From: Phallusia mammillata
Taxonomy: Eukaryota
DNA: 64,000 nt
NCBI GenBank assembly: GCA_965637545.1
Contig: OZ281500.1
Coordinates: forward strand, 22,816,001 to 22,880,000
Reading direction: 5' to 3'
The translations under genes were made by a program, and so were the position numbers. Positions 1-13,667 of this stretch are shown here, piece by piece; position 1 is the first letter of the stretch; each line of letters opens with the position of its first letter. Under the pieces are notes generated by a model. It made no database searches, had not been told where the DNA came from, and worked only from the letters and a program-made list of their open reading frames with translations.

Positions 1-554
1 TCAAATCATCTTGTTGCAAAAAAATGTCTAACATCTGAAAAAGTGTACTTATATTTAGATGTGTAACCAGTCAGTGGGAAATAACAGAAAAATTTTAAAC
101 ATAAAGACGACGCCTTTGAACAAAAAGATGACTAATATCCCTGCTCCATGTCGCCATTTTGTTGCTTTTTGGTGAAAAGACAATGACCCAGCTAAACAAT
201 TCAAATTGGCGCTGTACTGTGGTTGGAGATTTCATTGGGGTAACGGTCCTGTCTTTTGACAACAAGTTTTTAGGTTTTTATTGTTGTGGCAGTTGTTTTT
301 TGTGCGTTTACATGAGCAAGGGACTTGAATATGATTGCTTCACTGACAGTGAAAGGAACTGACTTTGATTAAAACGTAGTACGGTTTGTTGTGAGCAACG
401 CATAAAGGGGCCGGATAAAAGACATACAAATTCATTTATCTCACAAGCATGTTTACATAAATAGTTTCTTCTACGCATACGACTGACGAGTCTGAAAACC
501 TACACAAGCAATCCCAGGTCTCATAAATGTCAGCAAAAACACAATATTTTTACC

Positions 555-1542
555 TTATTCCAAAAAAGCTTTTTGTGGATAAATGTTTCTTCCTATTGTC
601 TCCGCTCTTCTATTAAAATCGAAAACCGATATTTCGATGTGGACGGGAGGTTGAAAAACCTTTCTCGTCATTTTACTCCTACCGACGTCCACTTCTTGCT
701 CCGGAGTGGGAGCTTCTCTTGAGGCGGTTTCGTCTTCCTATAAAAAAATTAACAAACTACCTTACATGCTCTGGTCTAAATTGACGGTCTTGATAGGATT
801 TTATTACTATTCATTGGCTTTTGTTTCCTAAATTAACCAACTATCATTTTGATGCGTTTTATATTTTAATATGTTTTTGACAAATAACGGCCTTTTAAGA
901 GATGTTTAAACATTTTTGCTTTGTTACTTAGGTAATCTTTACGCATTTGCTGTTTCACCAAAAAATTCATGCTTAAATTTAAAAACTAAAAAAAAACTAT
1001 TCTTAAAACTATAAAGAAAGTCAAACGTGTTTTAGTGTATAATGTTGCGAAATGTGTCGCGAATATTACAACCAAGACTTTCTTTTGATTGCCACCGCAC
1101 CCAACTAAACCTTGTTCCAAATTAGCACGCTGTTTTATCATCAGTATGTGTCAGTATACAAGCTTGCGCAATTCTATGATTGTTAATTAAACAAGACATG
1201 ACGCATTTCCTATGACCAACTCCATCCAATCAGCTGAAAGGGAAAGGCAGAGACATGACAAAGGAATTGTCAACAAAGACACAAAGGTGCTGAACAAATA
1301 TAACGAAACAATTCTGAATTAACCGACTGCAGTATTTATCAACAGACAACTATTAGATAAAGAAATATGCGATTAGCACGTTTTCGTCACGTGTTATATG
1401 CACATGTACGAAGTTGTATTATTTAAACTTACCAAAAATTGAAAACTGCCGCTGTCAGTTGGTGTGTTCGGGTTGCTTTGGTCATACAATGACATTGCAT
1501 TATGGTTTAAATTAAGCAGATCAGAATCTATTGGTTCTTGTT
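555..1542 (-). CDS. Divergent member of the small-protein family; last two coding exons (1542-1433, 737-555); 5' exon(s) not identified
   Basis: AG/GT boundaries with compatible phases (110-nt exon phase 1 to 0; 183-nt terminal exon). Terminal exon translates EDETASREAPTPEQEVDVGRSKMTRKVFQPPVHIEISVFDFNRRAETIGRNIYPQKAFLE*, which aligns with the family motif. The terminal exon is absent from the ORF track. Confidence 0.7.
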
Positions 1543-2030
1543 CTGCGAAAAAAAGAAGAAAAACGTTTAAAGGAAAGCAGTAAATACAAATTATACACTT
1601 TAAAAGCTGAACAATTTTGCAAACCACACACAAAAATCACGTTGCAATGACAAGAATTTACAATTGCGTACACATTTTGTTTTACACAAATCAAGTACAA
1701 AAAACAAATTCATTTTGTCACTACTTGTTACGCTACGACTTGATTGCTCTGGTGTAAATTGGGTTTGTATGTTTTCCTTTACCAAGCAAAAGATACTTTA
1801 TCACTTAAATTAAATACGTCGACCTAGTTTTTTGCAAACAAACTTGCTGTAAACGTTTGAACGTGCACAAGAGATAGTATCAACAACATACCAGATGCTT
1901 GGAAAAAGTATTGTCGGTCATGGGTGTAAGAAATGCGCATGTGACTTGCATCGATGACGAGTTATTCTTTGTTTTGAAAAACGAATTCCTAAGTTTAAAT
2001 TAGCGAATATCAGCCAAATTATCCCTAGAC

Positions 2031-2508
2031 CAGTGGTTCCCAACCTGGGGTTCGCGGACCCCCAAGGGGTCCGTGAACTGCTTTCAGGGGGTCCGTGGAG
2101 GCAAACATTTGTAGCATTAACAGCAGTACAATATTTTTAAGTTCCCAAAGCGTTTTTCCATTCCTGCGTATGAGTGCAAACCATTTATCAAACCTCTGGA
2201 TCAGGAAAACTTGTGATTGTTACCTCCATTGTGACATCACAACACACATTAACAACATAACTTATTGTGCTTTGTTTCAAGTATTGTACACCAGAAAGGC
2301 TCTTGTTGCATTTGACTGCTACAGTACAGTACTTTATTGAGATTAAAGGACTGTGAACGTTGAATAAAATTCTGCCCCCAAAACGAAAGTATAATAAAGT
2401 ATAATGCAGGAATCGACAAACATAACAAGACTAAATTACGTTGGGGGTCCGCGGACCTATAAAATTTCTAAAAGGGGTCCGTGACTACAAAAAGGTTGGG
2501 AACCACTG
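2031..2508. mobile_element. Non-autonomous hAT-type MITE
   Basis: TIRs cagtggttcccaacct / aggttgggaaccactg; perfect 8-bp TSD ccctagac (2023-2030 and 2509-2516). Confidence 0.9.
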
Positions 2509-3246
2509 CCCTAGACAAATGTTAACTCATGCGAACGTGTTTTTTTCAAAAGAACATACAAACAAACTAGTATAGCATCTGGTGTTAAAAAGAAAACCGG
2601 ACAAAAATATTTACCAGTTTTTACCAAACAAACCTGCAAAACTGCAGAGTTATCCACCATCTAAGTTACTTACACAGCAAGCCAAAAGATTTGTAAAAAA
2701 CTTAATAGCAGCAAGCTGTTATAGCAGGCAAGACAGCAGTCTTACCCACGCATTGTAAATCACCACAACCACAGGCAATTAATCAAACGCTGTTGACTCA
2801 CAACTCCAAACTAATACACACACAAGCCATCTACCTAGATATTTATACACGTTGCACTTCCGGATATAACGACGAGTGTGCATTGTCTTGGATTAATGAA
2901 CAGTTGGCCCCACTCCAAAGATTTCCTGGGGAATTTTTTGTTGGTGTCATTCCGTTTACAACTACACCTAAGAACAAAAAATGTTTCGATAACTTAATTT
3001 TTGATTACTAGATTAATAGTAGTAAACTTTAAAAACAAGATGCACAATGTACAATGTACGGTTTTGAATATTTTGAGCAGATAGAATGGAGCCAGTATTT
3101 GCGTGTAAAACATGACTACGTTTCGACAATTTATTTTGTATTTTACGCAAATACTAGCTTTGATTATTCTGCTCTCAACACACAAGTGCACATCTCTTTT
3201 CTGATTGTGGCCCATGGTTTTAGAATTAATCTGATGTATGTGTAGT

Positions 3247-4060
3247 CAGGGGCGTATCCAGAAATTTTTAAAGGGGGGGGTCCAACAATTTTGGGGGGGG
3301 GAATCCCTAATGACGTCATTATGACGTCACACGTCGTTCAAAACGACGCGTTATGCGGCAAAGCACTTTTTCCAAAATTGGCGGTTTCTCTACCCATCTA
3401 ATTGACAGGAAGAACAGGTAATTTTAGCGAAAGCTTTGTAGTTTTCTGATTTCGCCGCTGCTATCTAGCTTACTCAGCCAAACTGCAGCTGCAAAATAAG
3501 CGTGACTGTCAGGTAATCAAAATCGTTGCTTAAAAATACAGGGTCCAATTTCTAAAGAACTAAATCTCTTGCTGAAGCGGTAATCCTACTGTTAAGTTGC
3601 GCAAAGTCACGAATGCACCAAAGGTGGTAACTGCAGAAGGCATAAATTGTGCCTGGCAAGTAACAAATTACCCTAATAACATAACTCGATTTACATCGAT
3701 CTAATGTTTTGACAAACTATTACGTGTTTGGCGGATCAAAGCAACACAACATTACACGTATTTAACCCTTTTACATTGTTAAAACAGTTTGATATGTTGC
3801 ACTTAGTGCAGTTACCACTTAGCAAGAAACTGCTACCAGCGTCCTAGCCGGAACGTAACTTTCCGATTGTTAGCGCAAAAACCTCCTTATTAAACCCTTG
3901 TTACGTCACAAATGGCGATTAGATAACAAGCGAATACAAGAGATTGAAGGCTTGCGTCTTTGAGATAACGACTCCCTGTTATCACGCAGTGGTAAACGGA
4001 ACGATTTTGGCCTATTTAATTTACGCACAACTTTTTGAAAAGGGGGGGGTCCGGACCCCC
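3247..4060. mobile_element. Possible degenerate non-autonomous DNA transposon
   Basis: Starts caggggcgtatccagaaatttt with G-runs and has a gggggtccggacccc end-like motif near 4040-4058; no clean right TIR or TSD seen. Confidence 0.3.
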
Positions 4061-7000
4061 AAACGAATTTTAGCTTGTGATGGCATTTTTTTATAGCAAC
4101 CTGATGTATCATGCTTTTAATTAAGGTACAAAAATTGTAAAGAAGGAAGGGTTACTATGGCTGCTGGTCTATTCAGTAGGGGGTTTCGTGTACTGCGGAA
4201 AGGCAGCACCCGAATTTTTTCGCTGTGAGGCGCAGCCCGCAACTCGATGTCACAAAGTAGCCCAATTGGTCGACAAAAGCGCAGCCTAGTAGCGCTATAC
4301 ACTGTCGCTTAATACCGAATAGAGCAAGAAAGAGCATCGTTGCTCCTGGAGCGTAAAAAGAGGAACCAGTGAGAGCACTGGCGCCCTGGGATAGGGGGGA
4401 ACGGAGAGAGTGAGCTTTGTTGCCCCAGCGAAGTTAAAACAAGTGATAAGTACCCTGTCGTTGCCACTTCCAATCTGCCCAAAGTCGCTGTTTTTTAATT
4501 ATAAGGTTTAAACAAATAAGTTTGTATTGTTAGGAAATGTTATATTTTTTGTGAAACGGAGAAAAAAGGCAATAACTTGTCAATTTTATTTCTGGTCATT
4601 TCGGGCATTTTTTTTAAAATCTTCGGACATGTTTTTACACAAATTTTGACGTATCCTTGAAGTTCCGGACGCACAATAGCCGTAGGGCCTATTGTTGAAC
4701 AAACCTAAAAGCCCGCGGTAAATACCCAGGGAGATCCCCGCGCAAATCACCACCTCGTTGTTGTCTGGCGAGCTGGGCGTTTCAAATCGCAAATCATACA
4801 TAGCTATTTATGGACTATATGCCGTTTGTCTGCAAGAATAGGAAAGTTACATTAGTTTTTCCATTGCCTGCGTAGGTACACACATTACGTGAGTGCAAAC
4901 GGACCTAGCTTTGCTTAGGACGAGCCCCTGTACACAGACTCGCTTCGTCAAACTTTGTTTGTTTAGGAGTCTACTAAAGGCAAATCGGTGCGATCACACA
5001 TTAACAAGGTCTTATTTAAACAACTCCAAAATGACCTACTAAGATCATTGTCCAATATCGTTAAACAGTCCAAGAAGCCTATTACAAGCAATCATTGATG
5101 TATTGTTTATTTCATACCGACAAAAAGCAGTTGAAAACAAAAAAGTTTTAGTTGAAAAAAAAAACGCCCCATACGCGTTTTAAACCAAATCTTGACTCAA
5201 ACAAGGTACAATAAAGAGGTATCTTGGCTGAATGTCGTTCCAACGTGTAAAGTCTGTTTATAATTTGAAAAATAACTTGGTTTTAAACTCGAATAAAGCC
5301 CCCACTTTACTCGTAAAAGTCGAGAGTTTGACAAATGCCTTTGCCTGAAAAATCTATTTAGTGAACTCCAAGCGCTTGTAACATAATTTTAAGTGCAACC
5401 AAAGTTACCAACTGTTACACAGAAATTGTTTAAATCCACTAAAAAAAAATTAAATTAATTACGTCAAATTTATTTTTAAGTCCTAAATATTGTGAGACAT
5501 CAATGAATACCTGGTGAACATCCATAAGTTTCAGTCTTAATTTTCAGTTCCTCTTTTTTGAGCAAGTGGCCAAAGTCCACACCCTGACGGTCATACATGT
5601 CGAGAAATGAACGCCGAAAACCTTTGACAGAAGGATGTATTGTAAATCAATGTTTTTGAATTAGATTTAACATCGATAAATCTAAAAGGTGGTAACCTAC
5701 ACATGGACCATGGCAAACAAATATTGTTATTTGTTTTGTTGCGCTTGATATATCTTAAATGATTTAAAATTCGCTCAAGGCTTTTAAAAAATTCCAAGTG
5801 TTGCAACAAGTGTATTAACAGGGTCGCAAAAGGGTTTAAAACGCCGCAGAGAAGTAGCAAATAGGTAAAAAGCCATGATGCCCTGGGTGTTGGTCACGTA
5901 CGCCCATATTTAAATGGCTGATGACACTACCCTTTTAAACAGGTTCGGAACATTGCGACTTGCTTTCGTGGCGGATCAGTTCCGCTAAACCAGAAACCCA
6001 CTTTATCGTCACAGCCTATGTGAGTAGGTTGCATTTTGTTTTCGTTGAAGTTGTCACAATCATTTCAAGGGGCAAACAAATGTTTTAATTAGTGTCGGTT
6101 GTGTATCGGTTCCGTAAAGCTATTGTAGCAAATAATGTAACCAATAACGGAGAAACGTCTCAAATTAAGTCGTACGTTGTTTCGTCATGTAATGAAAAAA
6201 CGTATGTCACTGTGCAATTTAATCTTTGTTTTGAGTTTGTGAATGTTCGAAGTGCTTAGTGTAATTGCTTAGGCCACGTGATTTGCTGAGGCCTTTTGAT
6301 TGGTTCGATCGATTTCTGTGGTTTTGAATGGCAATGGGCGCCAATTTGCAATTTTTGCGTTTATTCGATTCGGCCACATTTTATGTTTACCTTATACGCA
6401 ATGACTTCAAATAAAATAACATAGTTAAGTATTTTTCAACGATGATGAAATCGAAACAGGCACAAATCAGGCATATTGTTAGTGGTCCAATGTAACTGAA
6501 TCCATGGTTTGTCACGTAACAGACATAATATGTCCGCATAGGCACGGCAAGCCTAGGCTCAGCCTTGCGACAACAATTTAACGATTCTTTCGGCCGTGGT
6601 ATAAGCGATTCTTCTTGGTAATGATGTCTAAACATATTGTTGACAGTTGGTACAAGGTCTTGATACAGTTTACAATACGGCTTTACTTGTACACCCATGT
6701 TTGCTAAATAATGTTTAACCACGAATGCATATTTACAAACCTCTTCTTAAGAATCGCTGGTTTAAAAAAAACATTTTGAAGTGATCTTACCGGTGTTATT
6801 GTCTTGCTTGGTGCAGAATGTTGCAACTTGTTTCAAGTATTGTGGAACTTTGTGGACTGAGATCGATCTTGTGCGAAGTGCACAAAAGACCTCGAGAATT
6901 TGACACGTCACACATACTCTTCCATATAAGGTTGAACTTCGGATTGTTTGTGTTGTGTTCGGAACGCCCACCTAGATCAGATTTCTTGACGTCAGCCTCG

Positions 7001-7166
7001 TCATAGCGACCAGTGTTTAGGCTTGCGCCGGAGTTTTTGTTTCGTTTCGGTTGTCTCCGTTTCAGCGTCGAACCTTTGCAACCGTTGCTGGATATAATTC
7101 TGGTTCCGCTTTTTTTGGGCGACAGTGCCGTCAGTGAAATTGCTTGAGCATCGAAACGGCAGAATC

Positions 7167-7281
7167 AATTGTTTGTGCATTAAATGGCCAAATAATTGTT
7201 TGTGCATCAAATAGGCCAAACAAGTTTTTTGTGCATCGAATAGGCCAAATAAATTGTTTGTGCATCAAAAAGGCAAAATAA
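7167..7281. repeat. Minisatellite, about 4 copies of a 28-29 bp unit
   Basis: Unit approximately aattgtttgtgcatcaaataggccaaat. Confidence 0.8.
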
Positions 7282-8257
7282 ATGCATCACATTATTGCGG
7301 CTGGGTAAAATAATGTTTATGGCCTGAAAGGCCCCAGGAATGTCTTTTCGACCCACCAAAGACAGTCAGTAAGATGCGCGTTGGGCAAAGGGCAAACAAT
7401 AAAAACACATTACTGTACACTTTAAAAGGCATATCAATGTGCCGAAAGAATACTCAATCAAGTATAATGTAAATGGTGTCTACCACTGGGATGTAAAATT
7501 AGATTAAAATGTTTCGTGACTTGGGTTGTTATTTTTTTAACGGAATGAAATTCTATAACCTAGATGTAGGTAACAACTACAATATCAAGGTAATTGTTCT
7601 GTTGAATGAACTTTGACGTTATTGGTGACTTAGTATGAGATAAACCGGTATTTGCGATTTTGTAGTATGTTTGTAGTTATTACAAGTAGGGCACTTTTGC
7701 AACGAGAAGCTTTTTAGCACGTTACATACTACATAACTTTGTTTGCCAAGAATAAGTTGTAAGACCTGAAACGAATGATCAAAAATGGGCAACAATTGAA
7801 TTAGCACCGATTTTTTGCTTTTGGCAAAACTATTTTAAAATTAGGGTCCAAATATACCAGTTTAGCACAGACATAATGCACATGATAAAACGTCCCAGCG
7901 CCTAAAATATATGGCACCACGGAAAATGTTTGGTTAAATAAATGGCGTTTTGCTAAAACAAAAAGTTGTTTGCGAAATATTAATCATCAAATTTGCACTA
8001 AAATTGAAATAAAGTTCTACTATTATATGGAGTTCAGGATCACATTAGAAATAACTAACAAACAAAACAGAATTAGAGTTGCCAAAAAACGTCAGGTAGT
8101 GCGTTTTAAGAACTTTTTCTGCAAGCAAAAGCTATACAACAATCAATAAATAAACGATTGTAATAATTAACACACTACCCGAACATTTTTTGACAATTCT
8201 AATTAGAAAATATTATCAATATTAACAGTAAAAACACACACAACATTAGGAATTATT

Positions 8258-8449
8258 TCATATAAATGCCCTTGGCCCGAAACCCGGATCGTCCCAGTCT
8301 AAAGCCCGGCGCCTTGCATGGGCTTCCGATACCGATATTTCATTTCCAACCGGGGGATTGCAAACTTTTCTAATCATTTTCTCATCCCCGATGTCAACTT
8401 CTGATACACTGACTTGTACCGGAGCTGGGCATATGTCGGAAGGCGGCAA
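8258..8449 (-). CDS. Divergent member of the small-protein family, terminal exon; candidate upstream exon 8637-8586
   Basis: Acceptor tttctacag, then 192 nt giving LPPSDICPAPVQVSVSEVDIGDEKMIRKVCNPPVGNEISVSEAHARRRALDWDDPGFGPRAFI*; matches the DxGxxxMxRKV..P...EISV...RAF motif. Confidence 0.65.
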   Translation of the reverse strand: MPPSDICPAPVQVSVSEVDIGDEKMIRKVCNPPVGNEISVSEAHARRRALDWDDPGFGPRAFI

Positions 8450-11180
8450 CTGTAGAAAGATACAGTTTATTTTCCAAACAAAACTGTATTTCTTTATTAA
8501 AATAGTTTCGTTGTTGGCACCCTTTAAAATCAACAACTAGTTCTTAGACTGAAAGATTTTCGCAAAATTGCAATTGCTCCCTTACCTGATAATTCCGCGT
8601 CCTTGCAGCCCTTATAATAGTGAGTGGTTTGTAACCCCTGAATTGAATTAGTATAAACAGATCAATAAGTTAATTACTCTTAGCTGGACGTCCATGTGTA
8701 TTTGTGGTGGGCTTTCTCTGGTACTTTTGGCAGCTTGTTTCCGTTTTTGATCGTTGGGCGTGTTATCTATACCGACGGAAAACTGATACAACGATGGTAA
8801 TTTCGGTCATGGAATGCTCTTCGGTTTTCAAAATGATCTTCTTCGAAAGCATAGGTATTATGCCTGTCATGGCCGTCCTAATTGGACATCATCAAACAAC
8901 TATTCTTGTTGAAGTATAATAAGCCGGGTTCAGAACAGATTTGAGCAATGCAATATTAATATCACTTTATTACAACTTCATATGAAACAACAGGTATACT
9001 TGTTATTTAAAAAACACTCTTAAAACTGTAGTTTACCAACATAACTCGCGGTGAAATTTGAACACAAGTGTTTAATTTATGACATGACAAATGGCAAGAA
9101 TTTGTCTGCATAACTCGTGAAAATACGAATTTACATTACTGACCGAAAAATGATAACCCACTGCATGGATCAAATATTCTGATGATACCCACTGCATGGA
9201 AGTACTGCGCGGCATTTCGTTTACCATACACTGAAGATTATGAAACCAATTCTGTACTCAAATACGAGTGCCTAGTTGGGCAAATACAGTACAACTAAGG
9301 ATTTGACCGTCTACTCAACATGGTCTGAAATCATACATGCCAAATTTAAAAGTTCTTTTAAGAGAACAACCTTACAGATGTGGTATCGAATTGCCGCTTA
9401 AACTTTTTATCGACTCGTATTGACTCGGTGGTCGTGAACTTCAGACTGTGCTGATAGACAAACACAGTGGTATACTTGCATTTGACGAAAACACCAAGTT
9501 ACGGTGTTATCATTGCATAAATTGTGTAAAAACAGCCGCATAATAATGTTAACCACAGTTAAAATGCAGCTTTAGCTTTGTTTTAAACGTATTCGCCAGA
9601 CGATGGTAACCTTACAAACGTCTTCTGGTTTCATTCCGTTCCCATTATAACTTCAGCGTTCCGTTCCCATTATAACTTCCCATTATAACTTTAACTTTTG
9701 TATTTGCTTGTAAAACGCTGGTTTATTTGACAAGTTAAAGACACAGCTCAACCACATTTTAATTCACAGGCGTTTTCTCCATTCCGCAACCGAGCTTCGT
9801 TTTGTCTGGCGTTTGACCTTGCAACGTGCGGCGCGTATTTCAAGGTCACGCCACATCCAAATTGTGGTTTTCTTAACGAGAGGTTTGGTGCGAAAAGCGA
9901 ACTTCTCTGACAATGTTTTAATGATGTCACATATCAAAACAACAAGGACATAAATATGACGTCTTTGCTCTGATAAGAATAAAATGCACAACATTACACA
10001 ACTTAAAAAGTGCTTGTCATAAGCTTGATCACTCAACAATTGCAACGACTAACATATGTTTGCAAATAAAACCACCAAAAATTGTGACATGTACACTTTT
10101 TACACTGAGAATTATTCTTCAGTTTTACAACAATTGCGTGATGGATTCAGGAAACACTTTCTAGCCTGCTTTATCCCAGAAAGACTGCTTGCATCCAAAA
10201 CCACATAACTACAATAAAATCTGTCTGATTGTTGTGCACAGTTATAGGCTAAAAACTCATCCACATTTATACTGTTTGTTGTGGACCCTGAGGCAACCCA
10301 CCAGCAAGTTTTAAGACCTTTTGTTCTGGCAAGCAACTTGCGTTGTCAACTATGTAACGTTTCGAAAACTGACTGCTGTATTTTGTGAACCAAACAGCAA
10401 CCGGTCTTTGTTGACTACATCAGCTGATACGCTGCGCTGCGTCGAAAAAAAGGTCCAGACAGGAACCAAAACCTGAGTTTCGATTGGTGTGTACCGTGTG
10501 TTAGCAATGGCTCCGCAGCGTCATTTAGGGGAAAGTTGAATTTTCTTGTTTGTGTGTAAAATGTTCTAAAGTAGTGGAAATAATTTTTGTTCCTTCAAGG
10601 CTTTTTGCAGAAACAAATAACGACGTAAGCCTAGTCGATTTTCTCACTGGTTTCTCAATCAATCGCAACAGTAGTGCATACATGCAACTCTGATGTATCT
10701 GATATGCACTATAAAACCATCTCACGAAATTTTATGAGATCAGTAACCCGGTTAGCATTACTGGTTACTGTCAATGGACTTTTTCTAACAGAACCGGCGG
10801 AAAAATATGATTTTTGTGATAGAACCGGCTGACAAAAATTTGAATTCCACCACTGCTTTTATGGGTATCAAGATTTAAAATTCGACCAAATTGTCGGTTA
10901 AGTATTCGTCGATTATTGATTTTACGAAAAATAGTAAATAATTGTGTGATTCTGGCCAACTTTTGAGATAAATGTGCTTGTGGTGCATGGTAAAACTGTT
11001 TATTGGCAAGTTAAACAGTCTGCTCAAAAATGTTTTATTCAAAAGGCCCTCTCTCCTTACTATGGGTTGCGGTCTGTTTGCACTTTTGTCATGCAGCGCG
11101 TATTTGAAGGTTACCCTCAAACTTGACTGGGGCTTTTCAGAACGATTTGTTTTTACGCCAAACGCGAAAATTGTCTAACC

Positions 11181-11490
11181 CAGGGGTCGGCAACCCCTGG
11201 CACGCGTGCCAAGGTTGGCACGCTGTTGGTGATTTTTCATGGCACGCCAACCGATTTGCGTGTTTATATTGAAGTAACAATTTAACCTGGTACACTGCTT
11301 GTTTTCAGTTTTATCATACCATTGTCTTAAAATTCAGCCTTACATGCACAAAACACTCTGCTGTCTCTTTATTATTGATATGTGCTGGCACGAACCACTA
11401 TTAGTCAGAAAACTTTGGCACGCGAGGTCATTAACGCATGGAAACTACAAGTAAATTGGCACGCGTCGCTTAAAAGGTTGCCGACCCCTG
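11181..11490. mobile_element. Non-autonomous hAT-type MITE
   Basis: TIRs caggggtcggcaacc / ggttgccgacccctg; 8-bp TSD gtctaacc on both sides. Confidence 0.9.
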
Positions 11491-12598
11491 GTCTAACCAT
11501 TATTTGATTGTTTTAATATAACAATTCGTTTTTTTATCCTTTACGCATCTGGTTTCACTCAGTACTTCATATCATTCAACATTAATGACTGTCATATCAA
11601 CCATGATACATAACTTGTTGAATTTGACAGAAGAAACAAAATTCACAACCTTTCTCATGTTAACTGGCGTTTTTGCGAAAATGCTAGCCAGTAAACACCA
11701 TTTACCACCAAAACTTATTCACAAAGTGGCCTGATACACCTTCCCCCTGCTTTGATGCTTTGTACCCGGTTTAAGAATTGATTTTATGACTATTGTATGT
11801 TTTTGTTTCGGAAATATGTTCTAGTCGGCATCAATCCAAGTTGTATGCTTACTGTAGTAAAACTGTAACTGTAGTGCCGGTCCAACTACAATATTACCTT
11901 TTTGCCTGCTTTGCACACTTTCTGGCTAAAAATCTATCTCAGTTTGTTTTTTTCTTTAAGGGCCAGATATAGCCTACAAGCTTGGACATACTTTTGCTTT
12001 AGTAAGACCTTAATACTTTTGATCTAGTAAACCTCTGCCGTTGTCTGGTAGGCTAGCGTCCACCAACAATGCTGTATTTTCCCAATTGAACTTTTTTGTT
12101 CATTGGCGAAGTTGACTCGTGACCCGAACTGAGCCGAAAATTTTGTTTCGTTATCTGCGTTGTGTGGCTCTGCTGCGCTGTTTAGCGGTATGTTTTTCGT
12201 TAAATATTACTCACTGTGAGTGTGAGTGTAATTAGGCTGATTATTAGTGGCAACTGGTTGTGTTTGTTGCTATAGGAGACTATATGTTTTGTTTAGCGGC
12301 AGAGATACGCAGTTTGCTTTCTCATGTTTGTTTTTTTAATGTTAATGGAAATTGTTTTAGGCTGGCTGAAATTTTATAATAGGTATGATTTCAACGCGTC
12401 AAGAAAAAAGTTTAGTCATTAACCTAAAAGTTGAAAGAATTCGTGACTCAAACAAACAAAATTGAAGCGCCCGTTACACACGTTGTACCACATAGCCTTG
12501 TGATGGATTTGTTTTTATGATTAAACAACCACAAAATGGAATCCATCCGAAAGCATGGTTTTGTCCAACTTTCTTGAACAATAAATGCCCATATACGG

Positions 12599-12728
12599 GT
12601 TCATAAGTTTAATGAGAAAAAAACGGCCCAAATACACATAAAAAGCAACATGCTTTATTAATTAAATCGTTTGATTTACAAAGCATGTCACTTTAAAGTC
12701 TATTTTGGCCGTTATTTTCGTCTTTAAA
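12599..12728. mobile_element. Short hairpin interspersed element, diverged copy of the 33948-34085 element
   Basis: Same gttcataagtttaatg leader and aaaxaacggcccaaata / tattttggccgttatttt inverted arms. Confidence 0.5.
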
Positions 12729-13653
12729 CAAATACCCACTTGTGCATCTTTTTCTTTTTAATGGTTGACAATTCAAGATGTGAAAAGTGACACTAGTTTT
12801 TTCCTCAGCCACGGATTTCCCTTCTCATGATTAAGTAAGCTTCCAACACCAGCCCCAAATGTACACACCGAATTTATGCGATTGTAAAGGGAGATCAACT
12901 TACAGTTTTTATGACGAAGTAAATGTAAATACGGATCAAATAGCACGATTTCATTGGGCGTGTTAGTGGCGAGAAAGACAAAAAGAACGTTATTTTAAAG
13001 ACAAATATTGTGAAACAACTAACGTGACTATATAAACGGATTAGGTGGTTTACCGATTATGTTGTTTTTAGAAACATTGAAGTTAATTGTTTTGTTACAA
13101 ATATGTTTTTTACTGCCTAACGCAACACTAAATTATTAAGTCATTATGACTCGTTTTTTCGAAAACTTTTTACTTTAGAAATACTTCACTTGACATGGAT
13201 TTCTGCCTCACAGACTAGACGAGTTTTTTCGAAGCGCATCGTTACGCGTGTACTAGATGTTTTTGCTTAAAAACCTTCCACAAACTTACAGTAGTACACC
13301 GACCTAATTATTTGAGAGTTTAGTTTTATTCAAGCTTTGTCCACTGCCTTTAAGAGCGTAAAAACATGCGTTTTTCAGATTAGTCGCTAGTCAAACGACA
13401 GAAAAACAAAACATATCGAAATAATAAAAAAAAACACTCTCACTAAATTGAACTGCAATCACCAAAACGCGACTTAAAGACTTGGACAGCGTACCTAAGC
13501 TTTCAAAATAGTTTTTTTGAATTGCAAAAAAACGTGAAATTGCAAAAAGGAAAAAAAAACTAAGTAAATTGCTTTTTGACGAACCTCAGGAACTTCCTAA
13601 CACAAAGCTGCACTTTTATGAACGACAGTTTAAAGAAAAATAAACAGACTATC

Positions 13654-13667
13654 GTTACTATGGCAAC
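13654..13667. promoter_or_regulatory. RFX X-box consensus match
   Basis: gttactatggcaac fits GTHNYYATRGNAAC; function untested. Confidence 0.3.

Noticed and set aside
483-500. ctgacga-gtct-gaaa hammerhead-like boxes
   Set aside because: Only 4 nt separate the boxes, so stem II cannot form, and stems I and III are unsupported.
605-665. Resemblance of RKVFQPPVHIEI to the Cip/Kip cyclin-binding stretch RNLFGPVDHEEL
   Set aside because: The Cy motif needs RxL (here V), the Pro spacing differs in most paralogues, and the long helix plus WNFDF of the CDK-inhibitor domain is missing.
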